A DNA stretch of 64,000 nucleotides from Gekko japonicus. Its lineage: Eukaryota. The DNA lies in assembly GCF_001447785.1 (NCBI RefSeq), contig NW_015167081.1, forward strand, positions 398,261 to 462,260. The letters run 5' to 3'. Shown piece by piece: positions 11,700 through 29,014 of the stretch (within the stretch, counting starts at the first letter, position 1; every line of letters starts with the position of its first letter). The notes under the pieces are model-generated. The model saw nothing but the letters and a program-made list of their open reading frames with translations, was not told where the DNA came from and searched no databases. The position numbers and the translations under genes were made by a program.

Positions 11700-13228
11700 T
11701 GAGCACACTCTGTATAGAGTTTTTAATGCAGCAAGAAATACTGCATTTTACCCACCCCCGAAACAAGGATATTTGCTTAATTTCTCCTAACTGGGGGAGT
11801 GATGAGGGGCAAGGAGATATGTAGGGCTCCAAATCCCCAATTCGGGGCATGCTTTTTTTTAGCCACCTCTCTGAATCTGAGACCTCACTAAGCCCTATGC
11901 AAATGTGCTTTGAAGTATATTTTCACAGTCATAAGGGCGAGAACCATACTTTTGTTTGAATAAGAAGCAAAGATGCTTATAAAACTGAAATGTCTTTTTT
12001 TCTGCAGCCCTTTGAATGAAGGCCTATACCCAACCACACACATACATATACAACTGTATGAATTTCTTGGGACTGCTCTGGAGCGCCTTTAAAACCCTGC
12101 CATTTCACAAGCTCATGGAAAAGCCTGAGCATGAATGCATGGTATGTGGCCATGAACTTAGTAAATATAAAATCATCATAAGTCTGTTAAGAGTCTGCTT
12201 AAAAAACCCAGCAGTTTAACAAACCTAGGCTGACTTTGCTATTCAAACATGTGTTTTCTTTCAAAATGATATTAACACACTTGCTCTGTATTCTTTCCAG
12301 ATCTTGAGATCTATAGCTCAGTATTTTTAAAATGTACAGAACCTGCAAGAAATAATATTGATTTTTTTTTAAAAAAAGCAATGACAGATGGTACCTTAAA
12401 AATACCCAGAATAACAAACTCTCCGGTCCAGCACTGTGATTATTGTAAGGATTCCTTCTGAAATTTAGTTTTCTTTCCACAAAAATGTAGATACTGAAGT
12501 TGAAGTAATTAGAAACACTACAAATGAAAATAACCACCAAGTTTCTGTAGTAAAAAAAACAAAAGGATCAATGTTCTTTGGAATTACTGAGTTATCAAAA
12601 AAATTTGGATTCTTCTATAGTCCATGGACATCCTGTACAAAATCAGTTTCTTCATGTAGATTTCAAGTCTTTGAACATTTTCATGTCAACAGTCCAAAAA
12701 GTACAGAGGGTCTCTCTGACCAGCAGGAAGCTACATTGACCAGGAAATATTGGCATTTTGTTTCATGTGCATGATGGCTGCCAAAATAATAATTAAAAAA
12801 AATGGTTTGAGAGATGGATATGCCCCCATTTTACGGGGATCATGAACCATAACATTTCCAGTGCAAAATCTTCCGCATGTGATCGGCAAGCAGAAGGAGC
12901 AGGGATAGATGGAGGAAGGAAAGGGGAGGGGGTTGTGAGGGAAAGAGAATGAGACTCCAGCAGTCTTGGCTACAAACATACCAAACAGGTAACTCTGTGT
13001 TGCCCACCCAAGCTTTCATTACTATTAAAAGAAGATTCCACAGCTCTGAGGCAGTGGAGTCACTTTCACAGATCTTCATCTTAGGAGAGAAAAGGCTCTT
13101 GTTCAGTATGAAAACAGGGGCATGGCTGGACGTTCAGCAGGTCAACTGACTGGTTCAGGATGCCCGTCTCCCCCTCTGGCACTGGATGGAATGGATTAGA
13201 GGCAAAATCCACGAGATTTTTCCACGTG
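11700..13228 (-). other. RSPRY1: Probable RSPRY1 3'UTR; candidate ATTAAA poly(A) signal at 11722-11727
   Basis: AT-rich, repeat-poor sequence after the stop codon. The first AWTAAA I found on the minus strand is at 11722-11727; an AATAAA lies further on at 11071-11076. Confidence 0.4.
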
Positions 13229-13351
<123 letters not shown>

Positions 13352-14244
13352 TTAAGACAACTCTAGTCAATGTATTCATATAAATCATTCTGATTTATAC
13401 AGAATTCTTCCTCAGGAACTTCAGAAAGATAACTTCTGGTTAATAAAAGATATCACCCTAGATTACAAGAATTCTTAAAATCTTGTACTAGCTAAAAGTT
13501 CAGACATTTTTTCTTTTTCTCTTTTCTCTAAAAAAGAGTAGTAAATTTGATGGGAACATTGATCTGGGAGCCCACAGCTAGTGTCTAATGCCCGTTTGAT
13601 ACTGAACACCTCAGAATAAGCAAAAATAATCGTTAGAGTCTTATAACTGAAGTCTCATCTATATATATATATATACAACAGATAAGGTAGAAATGAGATG
13701 ACAGAATGGACTGTACCACTTCAGACTGCAAGTGGGGAATTTGTTAAAAAATTCTAGCATACCATACCTTCAACACATAACTTCCCCTCCCCAGACACAA
13801 CTAGTATAGCCAGGAAAGGACTGAGGGTGATTATTAATAAGACAATTCTGAGGGGTTCACTGTAGGGGCTCATGGAGCTGGCTCGCTCATGTGACTTGCT
13901 TTTAGATGAGGTTTGCACAGGGCCCCCAGAAAGAATCTTTTTGGGGGGCTCATGGTGGCCCTTGACAACCTGGGCAATGTTTAGCCTCCCCCATCACTCC
14001 AGAAATCTCCCATCTCATCTTGGTGCATACATAGTTTTCACAGCCCTTTAAAGGAAACTGCATCATACTTTTATTTCATTTATACCTGGCCTTTCTCCCC
14101 AGTGAGGACTCAAAGTAGCTTACATCGTTCTCCACTTATCCTCACAACAGCCCTGTGAGGTATGTTAGGCTGAGTGTGTGTGACTGGCCCAAGGTCACCC
14201 TTGAGCTTCCGTGGCAGATTGGGGATTTGATCATGGGAGGGCTA

Positions 14245-14388
<144 letters not shown>

Positions 14389-15148
14389 TCATCCCACGTT
14401 AATGCAATATTTTCAGGATCATATCAAACTTCTGCAAATGGAATCACCAGCTTCTTGTGGAACACGTTTCAGCTTTATGAATTTCTAATAACTACCTGTA
14501 GTCATGGGCCATGAAGGACCTTAATTACAGATCACTGCTGTATGAAGGTCCTGCAAGTCTGCTGTGCAAGGGCACTATGGGATACCTGGCACAAATTCGG
14601 CACCAGGAAGATCTAAAAGTTCTCATTTAAGAGACTGAACACTGTCAGGGCAGAAAATTGCCTGCCCTCATGGCCAGGCGGAGAAATCTGGAGAGGAAAG
14701 AGCCTCCGTATCTCCTCCAGTTGCTTCTGGTTGTGGGGTTTCCTTGCCAAACAGCCAATGTATCAGATGTTATTTGAAAAACCTGAAACGTGGAAGCTGG
14801 AAAATTATGGCAAATTAAATGTGTGCACAGGTGATTTGCCTGATTAAAACTACAGAATCTGCACAAAATTTTGCATCAAAACCACCTCCTGGAACTGTAG
14901 GTAGCCTTCCATTTCCTATACCCCCCTGCCTTGTATCACCTCCCAAAAATAATTCCAAAAACAGTCCAGAGGGTAATTGGTTAGCCTTGTGTGACAAGGT
15001 GCTTTGGGTGACCCTGCAGGCTTTGACAGTTTCGAACCTCCAAAGACGTCACAGCATCTGCTGTAGTGATCACACTAAAAAAGCACCAAACTCTACAAGC
15101 CTTGAGCTTTGCTCTTCAGTTTTATGCGCCAACTGGTTGAAAACATTA

Positions 15149-15379
<231 letters not shown>

Positions 15380-16141
15380 TCAGCCAGTATGCTAGAGCAT
15401 GGCAGCCAAGTTCCTGTGACTTGCAGCTCTCTAGTGGATAGGCCAATTCTAGCAGCTGTGGTTTGCCTCTGTCTTACAGAAAGGTCTGGATAGTTCAAAT
15501 TAATGTGTCAATGTCAGATTCCCACCAGCCTTTGGCTTCTCTGGCTCCTTGAACCCTGAGCCTGAAACCTCCTCATCTTTGTTCTTGCCCACCTTCTTGA
15601 AGTGTGATCCTTTTTTTTTTTTTTTGGCTCCAGTCCTTTCCCTCAGGTCCAAGTTTCCCCAGAAATGTAATCCAAATGGTAGTTTTTCATACTCCTGACA
15701 CAGCAGTGATGTGGGTAAGAACAAAGCATGGGCAGTCATGACCCAATGCACCCTGCACACCTGACTGGCATAGAATGTAGATATGGGGGTGGACATGCAT
15801 CCAGTGTTCTAAATAAGGTTGTCTAGATGGGTCCCAAGGAGGAAAGACAACAGTTCAATCTGCCATATGCCAACATAAGATTTTTTCAGGGATTGTGACC
15901 TGGCAAGAGTGAGGGAAGGAACAGCCAGCAGTAGGAACTGGGCCAGCAGACTGGGAAAGGCTATTGTAAAGGAAACAGAACCAAGGCAAGGCATAATGGC
16001 TCTTAAAGCATCACATATACACAGCTCTTGCACAAGATTCTTGTGGCTGATATAGCAGGACAGTTAATAACATCTTTGCAAAAATGGAAAGCGAGATGGT
16101 TGAATGGGCTTCTTACCACCAACATGAAATGTTATTATCTA

Positions 16142-16393
<252 letters not shown>

Positions 16394-18141
16394 TTAAAGC
16401 AATAACTGGAATCCAAACTGGATGGGCCCTCAGTGCTCACCTGTTCCAACCCACTGTGGTGTCAGGACTCAATTGACTGGGCTGTGTCCATATTGCATTC
16501 CAACCCACTCCCTTTTGGGGTGTGAAGCAGACTGCAACAGATTGCTGACATGACTTGGCAACAATCCATGCCACTGGGCAATCACAGACCTATCCTTTCT
16601 CCCCCTCTATCATTGCTTTCTTTAACCTTGCTCATCAAAGCCATTACGCCAAGCCTAGGAACATGCAAGTTGCTGCAGAGGGAACGCTGGCTCTCTGCAA
16701 TGACTGCACACTGGAAGCCAGACTTGACAATACATGCTCTCTCGCCAGCATGAACTCCTCCCTCCCTTCCCTTGTTGGCCTTAAGCCATGGTTTGGAATT
16801 TCATCTGCTCTGATGCTAATTTATGGCTGGCACTGAATGGGAAGATGGAATAGTAAATCAAGTGTAACAATGGGAAAAGAAGGATTTGCACAGGGGAAGA
16901 GGGAGTGACCAGCACTCCCAAAGCTGGCTCCTGACTTACAGCCGTAGCTATCAGGGAGCCAGCATTATACCTGTCCCCAGGCCATGTTCAGCACTTGAAT
17001 CAAGTCAGTGTATTTAAGAAGCTACAGTTATGCTCAGGAACAGGAAACTTTGCGTTTCTTCTTAGCTATGCGCTGACGTGCTGTTATGGTTAGAGTGAGA
17101 GACCCAGATTTGAATCTCCACTCTGCCATGGAAGCTTGCTGGATGACCTGGGCCATTTATGCCCTCTCTCAGCCTAACCTACCTCACAGGACAAGATCAA
17201 CTGAAGGAGAGAATGATGCGAGCCATTTTGGGTCCCCATTGGGGAAACAGGCAGGACATAGATGAAGCAAGTGCATAAATAAAAGTAGGTAAACATTCTG
17301 CAAACATAGCTGTACTTCTGAGCCCTGTGGCAGAGAGGCCAGAAGTGCTCCTAAGATACTGCTTCTCTGCAGCTGTCAACAGAGGTGGGTACAAATGCAG
17401 GACCAGCACGTGCAACGTGCATGACTGAATGTGCCACTTCAGCAGCANNNNNNNNNNNNNNNNNNNNNNNNNNNNNNNNGGTATTTGGTATTCCAAGGGA
17501 ACCTTGATGTACCTCTGGTTTACTGCTAAGGGACTGAATCAAGTGCACCGGAAGCCAACATCTGGAGATGACCATAAATAATCTCTTGGAGAAAGAGACT
17601 CTGTGATATCTCTAGGATATCTGTTCCACAGTCCACATGTTTTCGACTAAAGTTTTTTCTTATTTATTCATTTTTAAATTTACATATTTTCTTTTGTGGT
17701 TTTTTCCTCCTCCTCCAGCATAGAAGGAAGGAGAGATTCTCACTTTGGACCAGTTTCTTCAACAGAATAATAAAGCTGTTTCTAGCCACAGGTGGCAGTA
17801 TGTCCAAATGCTCCTATAGGAGAAAAGCAAATCCCAGCTTGCAGGGAAATAGTGTGTCAGAGGAAGTTCAGTCAAGCCTTTTTCCAATTATTCTCCCCTC
17901 TCTGCACTTGCTTGTTTCACTATTGGAGGACCTTTCAAGCTGCTACCTTCCCTCCCCCACCCCAAGTCCAGTGTGGCACAATTCAAGATAAGCTTGATTC
18001 CGTCATTTGAGTAACTGGGCCTTCAAGTAAGGGTATCTGAAAAGAAATGAAGTAACTAACAAAGCACCAGGTGACAATATATTCCCTCTTGGGAATCTCC
18101 TAGAGCAGTTTCTCAGCACAGGCAGAAGACAGCAACCATTA

Positions 18142-18351
<210 letters not shown>

Positions 18352-20148
18352 TCACCTATATCAATAGTTGTGTGAGGATCATCAATATACTGAAGTAACA
18401 ATTTGATCCAAGATATAAGATCAGAATCCAGATCCAATTCTTGTTCGGTTGGACTGACTTGCCCATATGGTGTATTCTTATCAATCTCATTTAGAACTCA
18501 CCTTTCTTCCTGGGACTGACGGAGGATTGCAAAATATAACAAGCAATTTAATGAGACAGCTCCTCCGATAAACAGTGCAGTAGGACCAGAACTACGCAAC
18601 TGGAAAACAACGCAAATGAAAATTGCCTATAGCAGTGATGCTCATGCAGTGACCTGAGAGCTACATGTGGCTCTCTGGCATGGCACCTATGGCTCTCCTG
18701 AGCACTGTTCCCCAATGTGGCACCTGCCCCGTTCCAGGAAAGTGGGCAAGGCCCTTGCCTGATAGGGCTGGTAGTTAGCAGGTAGTTGGCAGGTGGTTCC
18801 CACCTAGAAACTGCCACCACCATAGGAACAGGTAACCTGCAAGCCTCCCTTGGACCTCATATCAGGAATGGATGTCAAAACTGCATTTTTGGTTGATGGT
18901 AACCGCAAGTGTGGTATTCTGTGAGTATCACTGGTCTAATGCAACAGAAACTGCTTAAGGCATGATATACCACAATCAAGAAAGGGGGTTTCAAAGGTAC
19001 AGGACCAAGGGAAGGAATATGTACCCCGCTTTCCTTTGCTGGTGATGTGTTTTCAGACCTATTTTGTCAGTTCTCCCACTTCTCCAAGGGAGTGATCCTG
19101 AGATGATAGAGGGCAGAAGTGTGAGAATGAACCAGTGCCTCTGGCTTCCATAACTAGGGCCTGCTTATTCTACAGAGCTCCTGGCTCTGATCTGGTACTC
19201 TCATTCCCCCTCTGTTGTCCTTCACCACTTGAAGCCTTTTGAGTTTTCTTGGTATGAAACGGACAGATTCTGTTTGGCTGCCTGAAGCCAAATTGCAGTG
19301 CAATGTAAGCTGACACATAAATTAATCCTAACTAACATGCAAGCTGAAGTTCCTTTCCTGCCCTCCAGCGAGCAAACCTGTTCTGTTTCACGCCTCTTCC
19401 TCGCTTGTTCTCTTAATATCTTTTTATCCTGCTTGTTACACATTCATGAAGTACAAACAATAGCTTTTGCCATCATCTCTGTTGCATCTGGTTCAGAGCT
19501 TTGTGCGATCCTGGAACTGGAACCAATGAAACAGAAAAGGACTTTTCTGACATCTTGAAGACTAGTAGATTCACTGCCAATCTTTCAGGTGTCACAAGTC
19601 ACCTTTTTGTTCATTTACTGTGCCAAATCCTCGTGTCTACCCCTCCCGAATCTGCCATCAAATAAACCTGAATTCCTCTCATGCGGTTAAATTTCACTTT
19701 TTCTTGGCTTATCCTAAGACCACAAGGGTCAGCTCAAAGAAGTAGGTGTCTCAATCATATTTTGGACAGACACATACATGAAGATGGACAGCTGAACAAC
19801 ACTATTTCAAATGCTAAAGCCTTTTAATGTGAATTTTACTGAAGGATCTTAAGACTACTCAAAATTTTACCAGAGAAGGTTATGGATATTAGGAGTCTGA
19901 CCAGAGGGTCAATAGCTGCTGGGTGCTTCTGCAGGAAGGATACCACCATCACTACAAACTGCTCTGGGGAAGACTGCAGGAGAACACTGACTGTGTGGAA
20001 ACCCTCGTGACAGATTTACAGAACAGCTCTATTTCTCTGCTGTTTTGCCCTAGTTTGATGGTGCTTTCTGGAATCTTGAAGGCCAGGACAGAATAAATGC
20101 TAAGCAGAGACATACCTTATCATAATGGTAAAACCCCAAAAGATACTA

Positions 20149-20709
<561 letters not shown>

Positions 20710-22120
20710 TTATCTGGATAAGTTCTGGATGTCAGTTGTTATTTCTTTATATTTTTCTACTCTTATCAGATCAAAACACAGAACTACCATAAAAGGGCAA
20801 ATGATACAATATAGAAGGTGGTCCCACTGAAGTGGTCTAAGATACAAGCATGCCATGAAGTCCAAATTATGAAAAGGGGCATACAGAAGTGTGTAACAGG
20901 GCACATATGTGGCACTGTCCCTGCTGGCGCCTCTTGCCCATTTAGCCAGACAGCAGCAGTTTGGGTGACAGCTTGAAAGACCAGCTCTGCCCACAGCCCC
21001 TCTGTTTCTTATGCCACCCCGTGGTAGAAGACAGTGGCATCTCTTGATTGCTTTGCTTGTTTCTGGTTGCACAGTGTTGTAAACATTCTTTCAGAATATG
21101 TGAGTCTTCTGTTCTTTTGATCACAGACTGGTTTTATGGGCTTCCTTAAGACTGGATGTGCATGCCCAAAGGATTATAATGGGAAGCAAACCGATTACAC
21201 ACACACACACACACAAAACCTTTATTGGCATTGAAAGCACAAGGCATCATGGAAAACCGATTACAAGAAAGGCTAAAATGAAACACCACTACCATACCTT
21301 CCAGTCATAGGAACTCTCACACAGAAGTTTTCTTAAATTATTCATGAATTAAAACTGCAGGACAGGCATGCTCAACCCCTGTGCTGCTGGCTCCAAGGTC
21401 CATTATCTGTTTTCAATACCTGTTTCTCATCATGGCAGTCAGAGCAACCCTGCTTCTAGCTGCCATGCTTTCTCTTTTATTAAAAATGGAGAATTGGAAT
21501 TGGGATGAGGCTAACTAAACCACCCAAATTTTTAAAAGGTGCACAATGAAAAGCAAAGACACATGGAAGGGAGGGGAGGAAGCAGAGGCTCAGAGGGCCA
21601 GCTGGTGAAGGCTTGACAGGCCCTGGCATGGCTTATAGGTTTACAGGAGAACAGAGCCTGGTTGTTCCTAGATGGCAAAAGAAACTGAAGAGGGGGCAAT
21701 TTTGTGGTATATAACAGCAATCTAGCAAAGGGGCAGACAGTGATTTAGATTATATCCCATGGAGCTTAGAAAAAAATAGCCTTGTCGATAACAGCAAAGG
21801 GGGAAAAAGAACTGCAACATTTTATGAGTGATTTGGCTGCTTGATTACTGTAAATGGATCCATCACTACAGTTTTGCTTAAAGCGTCATCTAATGGAAAC
21901 CAGGGAAACAGCAGGAGAACTTTAATGTTCCTTTAATGGCTGTGGGTATTCTCCTGAATGGGAGGTTCACTTGCAAGGATGAGGGCTGAGTGTTCAACAT
22001 GTGTGTGTTGTGAGAAACAGCAGCTTTGTTTTTGCTTTTTTTAAAAAACAGCACAGTGAGTTTCTAGCTGGAGTCAGTGGAAACTGGGGTGCAGCCCTGC
22101 ATGTGTATTATGTGCAAATA

Positions 22121-22500
22121 TGAGCTGCGGTGGCTCAAGTGGTTAAGACGTTGAACTGCAGGCTGTGGAAGGTCGGTAGTTCAGCAGTTCGAGATCCGAG
22201 TTGCCACATGACAGAGTGAGCTCCCATTGCCGCATTACGGAGTGAGCTCCCGTCTCTAGTTCCAGCTCCTGCCAACCTAGCAGTTCGAAAGGAAGAAATT
22301 GCAAGTAGATAAATAGGTACCACTTCAGTGGGAAGGTAACAGCGTTCAGTGCGCCTTGGTGTTTAGTCATGCCAGCCACATGACCACAGAAACGTCTTCG
22401 GACAGTGCTGGCTCTTTGGCTTTGAAACGGAGATGAGCACCACAACCCTAGAGTCGGATTCGACTGGCTTTCGAGCAAGGGAACCTTTACCTTTACTTTT
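22121..22500 (+). mobile_element. Full-length Sauria SINE with a short internal duplication
   Basis: Same family; GAGTGAGCTCCC duplicated at ~22213-22250; ACCTTT tail. Confidence 0.9.
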
Positions 22501-22607
22501 TTATGCACAAGCTGCTCCCTGGGAACTTGATGCAGAGACCAGAACATTTGCTGCTTGTTGTTGTAGGAGGGCCTATTTGCTTCCAGTATGTTCTGCCTGT
22601 GTTTTTA

Positions 22608-22823
<216 letters not shown>

Positions 22824-25244
22824 TCAATAATGCAAAAAATGGATCTGGCAATCAATTGAATATGCTTAACTAAATGTGATCTATCGGGTTTTCCCAAACT
22901 GTCATCCCCCACCCCATCCTTCCCTCCCACAGATCTATATTGTGTATTTGAATTGGCCAGGCCTAGCATATAAAGCCAGGTTGAGGATGGGCCAATTTGG
23001 GCCAGTTCTCCAGGGAAGGATGTGTGCACCTCTGCCCTCAAGTTACTGCCATTAGTAGAGGTGGCTACAACCACTCCTAGTGCATTGAATACAATGAATA
23101 CAACCACTCCCAGTGCAAGAATATCATTTAGCCAGTGCATTGGAGGTAATCTTGCCAGACTCAGAAGAGAAGTATGGCCGTTCTCTCTCAACCAGTTAAG
23201 TAGTCAAATGCCTTCAAGGTTGTAAGCCCACACACAGAGCAGTTCTCCTTTTAGCTTTTGTACAACATTTAGCTTAATTGCTCCAGAAACCTTAATGTTT
23301 ATTAAGTATGACTCTTGAGAATGGCTGTTTCACCAGTGCTCTAAATATTCTTGTCCAAGTAGAAAATATTCCAAGACTTCAGTCCAATGCACCATACTTT
23401 TTTCTTTCTGAACTAGCCCAAACCCGGTTGCCATGCCATTTATCCTGATCAACTTAGAGTGGATGATGGGAGAGAGACGTAGCAGGGGGTTGACCAGAAG
23501 AGCCCCATGGGATAAATGGTGTTCACAAGCCACTCATTACACTTATGCTGACCAAATAGTTTGGAATCTGGCATTAACAGTGCTAATTATGGCAAATCAG
23601 AAGCCCATGCAGAATAAATTATATGAAGCAGACAAACATGGGGACATTTCATTTCCATATTTAATTGTGTATAATTACACAGAATTGGCACTGAAGACAA
23701 CAGGGTGTAAAGGATATTGGACAGAGCCCAGGAACTGTGCTAGGTGACTTCCACACTAAAAGTTTATCCACCAAAGTCTCCATTTAACATTGTGTAGAAG
23801 CTGTCTGTATGTTTCCACACATATTTGCCATTTATACCTTGCCACCTGGCTTAGAATGAGACTCCACAGCAGCTTCTAACATATTCAACATTAAGTATCA
23901 CAGGTTTAAAATCAGACCAGAAGCAATAAAACATGTACTTCAATCCCAATACAATCTCAATAAAGACTAGAAAATTCAGAAAACTCAAAGGTCACCAGAA
24001 CAGACTTGTTTTGTGGGTTTCCTAAAAATAAGTTTCATGTAAGCCTGTCTGTTATTTCCAAAGGCTTTTTGTACCAGCCAACTTAGCATCAGAGAATGCT
24101 GGCACTCAGAGCAAAGCCCCCAATGACTAAGCACCAGAAGACAGTAATAAGGGAGGAAGTGCTTCTGGAGATAACCTTTTAAGTACTGAACTGCCTGGGT
24201 GCTGGGGAAAGCCTAACTTTAAATTGTACCTGGAAACTCACTGGAAGCCTGTGCAGCTTTTCCAACCCAGGTGCGTGTATGCTCCCCAATGCTTATGTTA
24301 CTCCCAGTAACAAAGCAGGCTGCTGCATCTGAACACAATTTTGCAACTATGAGGGCCAGCAGCTATGAGGCCAAACGTTTCCCTTCCCCTGTGTTTCCAT
24401 TAAAGGGCTCTCCAGTTCCCAGACCTTGTCAGAAGCTAGATTTTTAGAACCACAGGAAACAGTTACAGAAGGACAACTCACTGCAAGTAAATGAAGAAAA
24501 ATATCCTCATAGCCCTGCTCCATGTGTTACCCAAAGTGACATGGCCACCACAGTTCTGCAGTTGCTTCTGCACTGCTCCTGATAACACCTGCAACTTCTG
24601 CCTATGTGGTCAGGGTGGCTTGCTTTGTTGCACAACTATACTAGCGACACTTCAAGTAACTTCGGAAATGGGCCCCAGTCTCCAACTAATCACGCTTCTT
24701 CTAGTGAAGCAGATTAAAAAGGTATCAGGAAAACAAAAGCAATGCCCTTTGCACCACCCAATGCCTCCCCTCCTGCAGGAAGCAACACCCCATCATCAGA
24801 AAGGCGAAGCAAATGACTGCTTGGGGCCATCCATTCTGCCAAAAGTCTATGGGTGTAGGGTGCTGTGACATCAGGCCACTGAGCTGTAACACTTCATTCG
24901 CCTTCTCTGTGAAATTGCCTCAGGCAGCCTTTGTTTACCATCAAAGCCAATATAGAAGAACAAAGGAAAACTGAAATATTCAGAAGCAAAGCCAGACTAA
25001 AATGCCTCAGGGCTTTTAAGCACTTGCATTTTGGGAAGCTTCCTCAACATATTTTCCCAATCTTGCCACCATTCTGAATTCTGTTACTTCCAGGCTTTAG
25101 TTCAGCACATGCTACAGATGAGGACTTGAATGCATGGAATATAGATTCCACCACCCCCACCCCCACCCCAAGAAGCATACACATTCTGGAAACTACAACT
25201 ATACTTGCAATGTCAGCAAAGGTTTGCTTAAATGCCTAAAATTA

Positions 25245-25535
<291 letters not shown>

Positions 25536-26313
25536 CTAAAAAGTCAGTGTAAGACGGTAGGACCTCACAAGATGAAATATTTAAACCAACAGCAGAGCTA
25601 GTCAGGAGCAGCCTGGCTATTAGTGAGGGCATGTAAACTTTGCAAGCTGCAAAGACGTCATTGCTCTTCTAACGCTCTTTGTAAGCTGCCTTGAGCTCCT
25701 TTTGGCAAAGTGTGCAGCCTATAAATTATTTAAATAAATGGAAATAATAAAGCAGTGGTATCCCTCCCAGTCACCGTATTGTTCCAAAGAGTCCACGTAA
25801 ATGACTTAATGGAGTGATTTCTGCAGAGTAAAAGCTGTTGCTTCATGCCCTAGGGACTGGGCATAGTTTCACTACATTGCTGTGATTTCCCATTCCTGCC
25901 CATTTAGCATCAAAGAAGCCTGTTTCCCCACTGAAAAGAAGGCCTCTTTGATCATGATGCTGGGATTGTAGGCAGCACAGTGTTCAAGATGTTGCCCCAG
26001 AGTCATAATCCTGTCCCATTCCTCCTGTCTTACCCAGCCATATTGTACTCTTTTTGCATGGGGGAAAAGGAAGCTGTTAACTATTTCCATGCAAAAGCTA
26101 AGGTTTCTGCCTCCCCACCCTACCCCACTGCAGATTAAGCTTTACAGCAAGAGAAGCAAAGCCATTAAACACCCTGACCTAAAGGGCAATGATGAGGGGC
26201 TCTGTGGGACATGGAAAAAGGGGAGTGGGGGGAATGGAACAAGCCAGTTTACTGGACAGAGGTACTGGTGTGTGCCTTGGAATAAATGAAGCAAAACCAG
26301 TCTATGTGGTCTA

Positions 26314-26436
<123 letters not shown>

Positions 26437-26751
26437 CTAAACAAACAAGAGAATTACTGGACACAATTCTCAGCTATCTTCAAAACACAACATTTTTGCT
26501 CATTTGTCCAACACACTGGGAATGATCTAAGGCTTATTTTTAAACATTCAAGTGCCCAATTGTAGAGAGGAAGGAAAGAGAACTTCTTCTGAGTTATAGG
26601 ATGTTCCCTCCTCATGGTGCTCCAATGCAATAAGAACAGTCAAATTATACCATCCTACCCAGACAAGTTATTTAGAATACAGACCATCCATTTGCAACTG
26701 TGCTACCACAGCTGGACAGCATCTGTGTTGGGAGGAACGAGCATCATGTTT

Positions 26752-27445
26752 TAGGGAAGATCTTGTCTCACTAAGGGAAGATCTTGTCTCACTAACCTGT
26801 TAAGAGTTCTTTCATGGGTGAACAAGGGTGACCCAATAGATGTTGCTTACCTAGACTTTCCAGAAAGCTTTTGATAAAGTTCCTCATCAAAGGCTCCTAA
26901 GTAAACTCAGTAGTCATAGGATAAGAGGACAAGTAATCTTGTCAGCTCTTCAGCTTGGAGAAACGATGACTGAGGGGTGACATGATAGAGGTTTACAAAA
27001 TTATGCATGGGATAGAGAAGGTAGAGAAAGAAGTACTTTTCTCCCTTTCTCACAATACAAGAATTTGTGGGCACTCAATGAAATTGAGCAGTAGGTTAAG
27101 AACACATAAAAGGAGTACTTTTTCACCCAAAGAGTAATTTACATATGGAATTCACTGCCACAGGAAGTGGTGGTGGCTACAGCTTCAAGAAGAGATTATA
27201 TAAACATATGGAACAGAGATCCATCAGTGGCTATTAGCCACAAGGTGTGGATGGAACACTATGTCTGGGGCAGTGATGCTCTGTATCCCTTGGTGCTTGG
27301 GAGATAACAGTGGGAGGGCTTCCAGAGTTCTGGCCCCGCTGGTGAACCTCCTGATGGCATCTGGGTTTTGGCAACTGTGTGACATAGAGTGCTGGACAGG
27401 ATAGGCCATTGGCCTGATCCAACATGGTTTCTCTTATGTTCTTAG
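26752..27445 (+). mobile_element. CR1 LINE fragment (RT piece joined to the ORF2 C-terminus and 3'UTR; internal deletion)
   Basis: KAFDKVPHQRLLSKL, LRGDMIEVYKIM, and 3' end GGCCTGATCCAACATGG...CTTATGTTCTTA. Confidence 0.85.
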
Positions 27446-28613
27446 GTGCCAGGGAGACCTTGCACCTTCCACACTTGGCCAAGAACTGGAAACAGATAAG
27501 ATGAATGAGAGAGACAAACTCAAGTCAACAACAGATAATGAAATGTGCTGCAGGCTTGCATAGAGATTCCTTCTTCCATTTCTGGGTTCTTGCTCATGAC
27601 AGTATTATGCAATGTTTGAATCAAATAATAAATCAGACAGTTATGGTTAGTGTCATTATGGTTTAAGAGATTAACACAAAGCTTAACTGCCTGATTTGGA
27701 TGTCATAGCAAACTATGCTTTAGAGGAAACCTGAAAAAGAAGAGAATTGGTATGCGATAAGGAGTAAGGAACCTGCAGCGTACTCCAAATCCTATGAATC
27801 ATGAGCTATAAACAGGATGGTGTTTTCAGTAAGTTCTTTAAGGAGGGGGGACAAGATTCTTCCCATGTACTGAATGATCAGCAGGGAGGCTTCATGTCTT
27901 GTCATTTTCTGGAAGTGAGAATTGCAAAAGCTCATGGAGGGGTTCTTTCAAAGGTGGCTTCACTACTACAACTCTGTCTATATATCAAATAGCATATGCA
28001 TGGGGATGTGCACCTGAAAAAATTAAGGCTCTAATTTTTGGTTGCTCTGCCAATGATTCCTTTTCATTGGTATGGTGATTGTATTCCCCTATTTAATCAT
28101 TTTAAAAATATTTTAATATTTAAAACATCTTTTCCATCCAGAACATTTTGATAAAGAGAAATTTCACTGACTAATGTAAAACAGTAGGGCAAATTGTATT
28201 TATAGAAGGCTGAATGAACGTAGCTTTTCCCTTTTATGGGCAAGCTGTGAGGTGGTCATGAGATTTTTTCCCAAGAGAAGTCTGCGTCCTGCGTCAGCCC
28301 ACTGGTCCCTCTAGCCCAGCATCCTCATTCTGAGTGGTAGCAACATCCCAGGGTCTCAAAGCAGTGGTTTTTCTCAGTCCTGTTAGCTCGGATTTCATGA
28401 TGTCAGGGGTTAAAGCTGGGGATTTCTACATGCAGAACACCACTGAGGTATACCCCTTCCCATTTTCATGCATTCCCTTAACCCACATTTCACCACCTCA
28501 TAAGAAAACACAACTAAATTAAACTAAAATCCAGTCCATGGACAATGATCACCCACAAAGCCCAGTGTTTAAAGAGGAATAAGTTGGAATACAGATTTAC
28601 TTTTGATACTCAC

Positions 28614-28672
28614 CAAGCTCTGCAGTAAGTATTCCAGTATTCCTGGGCTGAGTAAACCTATACTTGCAGGGC
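28614..28672 (-). CDS. RSPRY1: RSPRY1 coding exon 5 (GPASIGLLSPGILEYLLQSL)
   Basis: Peptide match; TTGCAG acceptor, TTG|GTGAGT donor; 59 nt. Confidence 0.95.
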
Positions 28673-29014
28673 CTGCAAGAACACTAAAAATGAAACATGT
28701 GCATCGAAGCTGCTGCATTACTTTTTTAAAAAAAAGTCACTTTCAAAAAAGATTAGTGTGCTACTCTGCCAGCCCTGTTATCTTGTCTTTATAGACATTG
28801 TGCAAGTATAAAAAAAAGAACTGGGCAAGTTTAAACGTAGACTTAGAATTTTTAAAAGTAAGTAGGAAACAATAACAGTTTTCAAATACTTCTAAGGGTT
28901 TTGGAAGACCACAGACATAGCAGCAGTGACCATATCTTGCTTTCAGGTCCAGCCGGTAATAGTCCATTCCCCCTGCCCACTCTCTAGTAGCTTGCAAAGC
29001 CAGAAGTGCAGGAA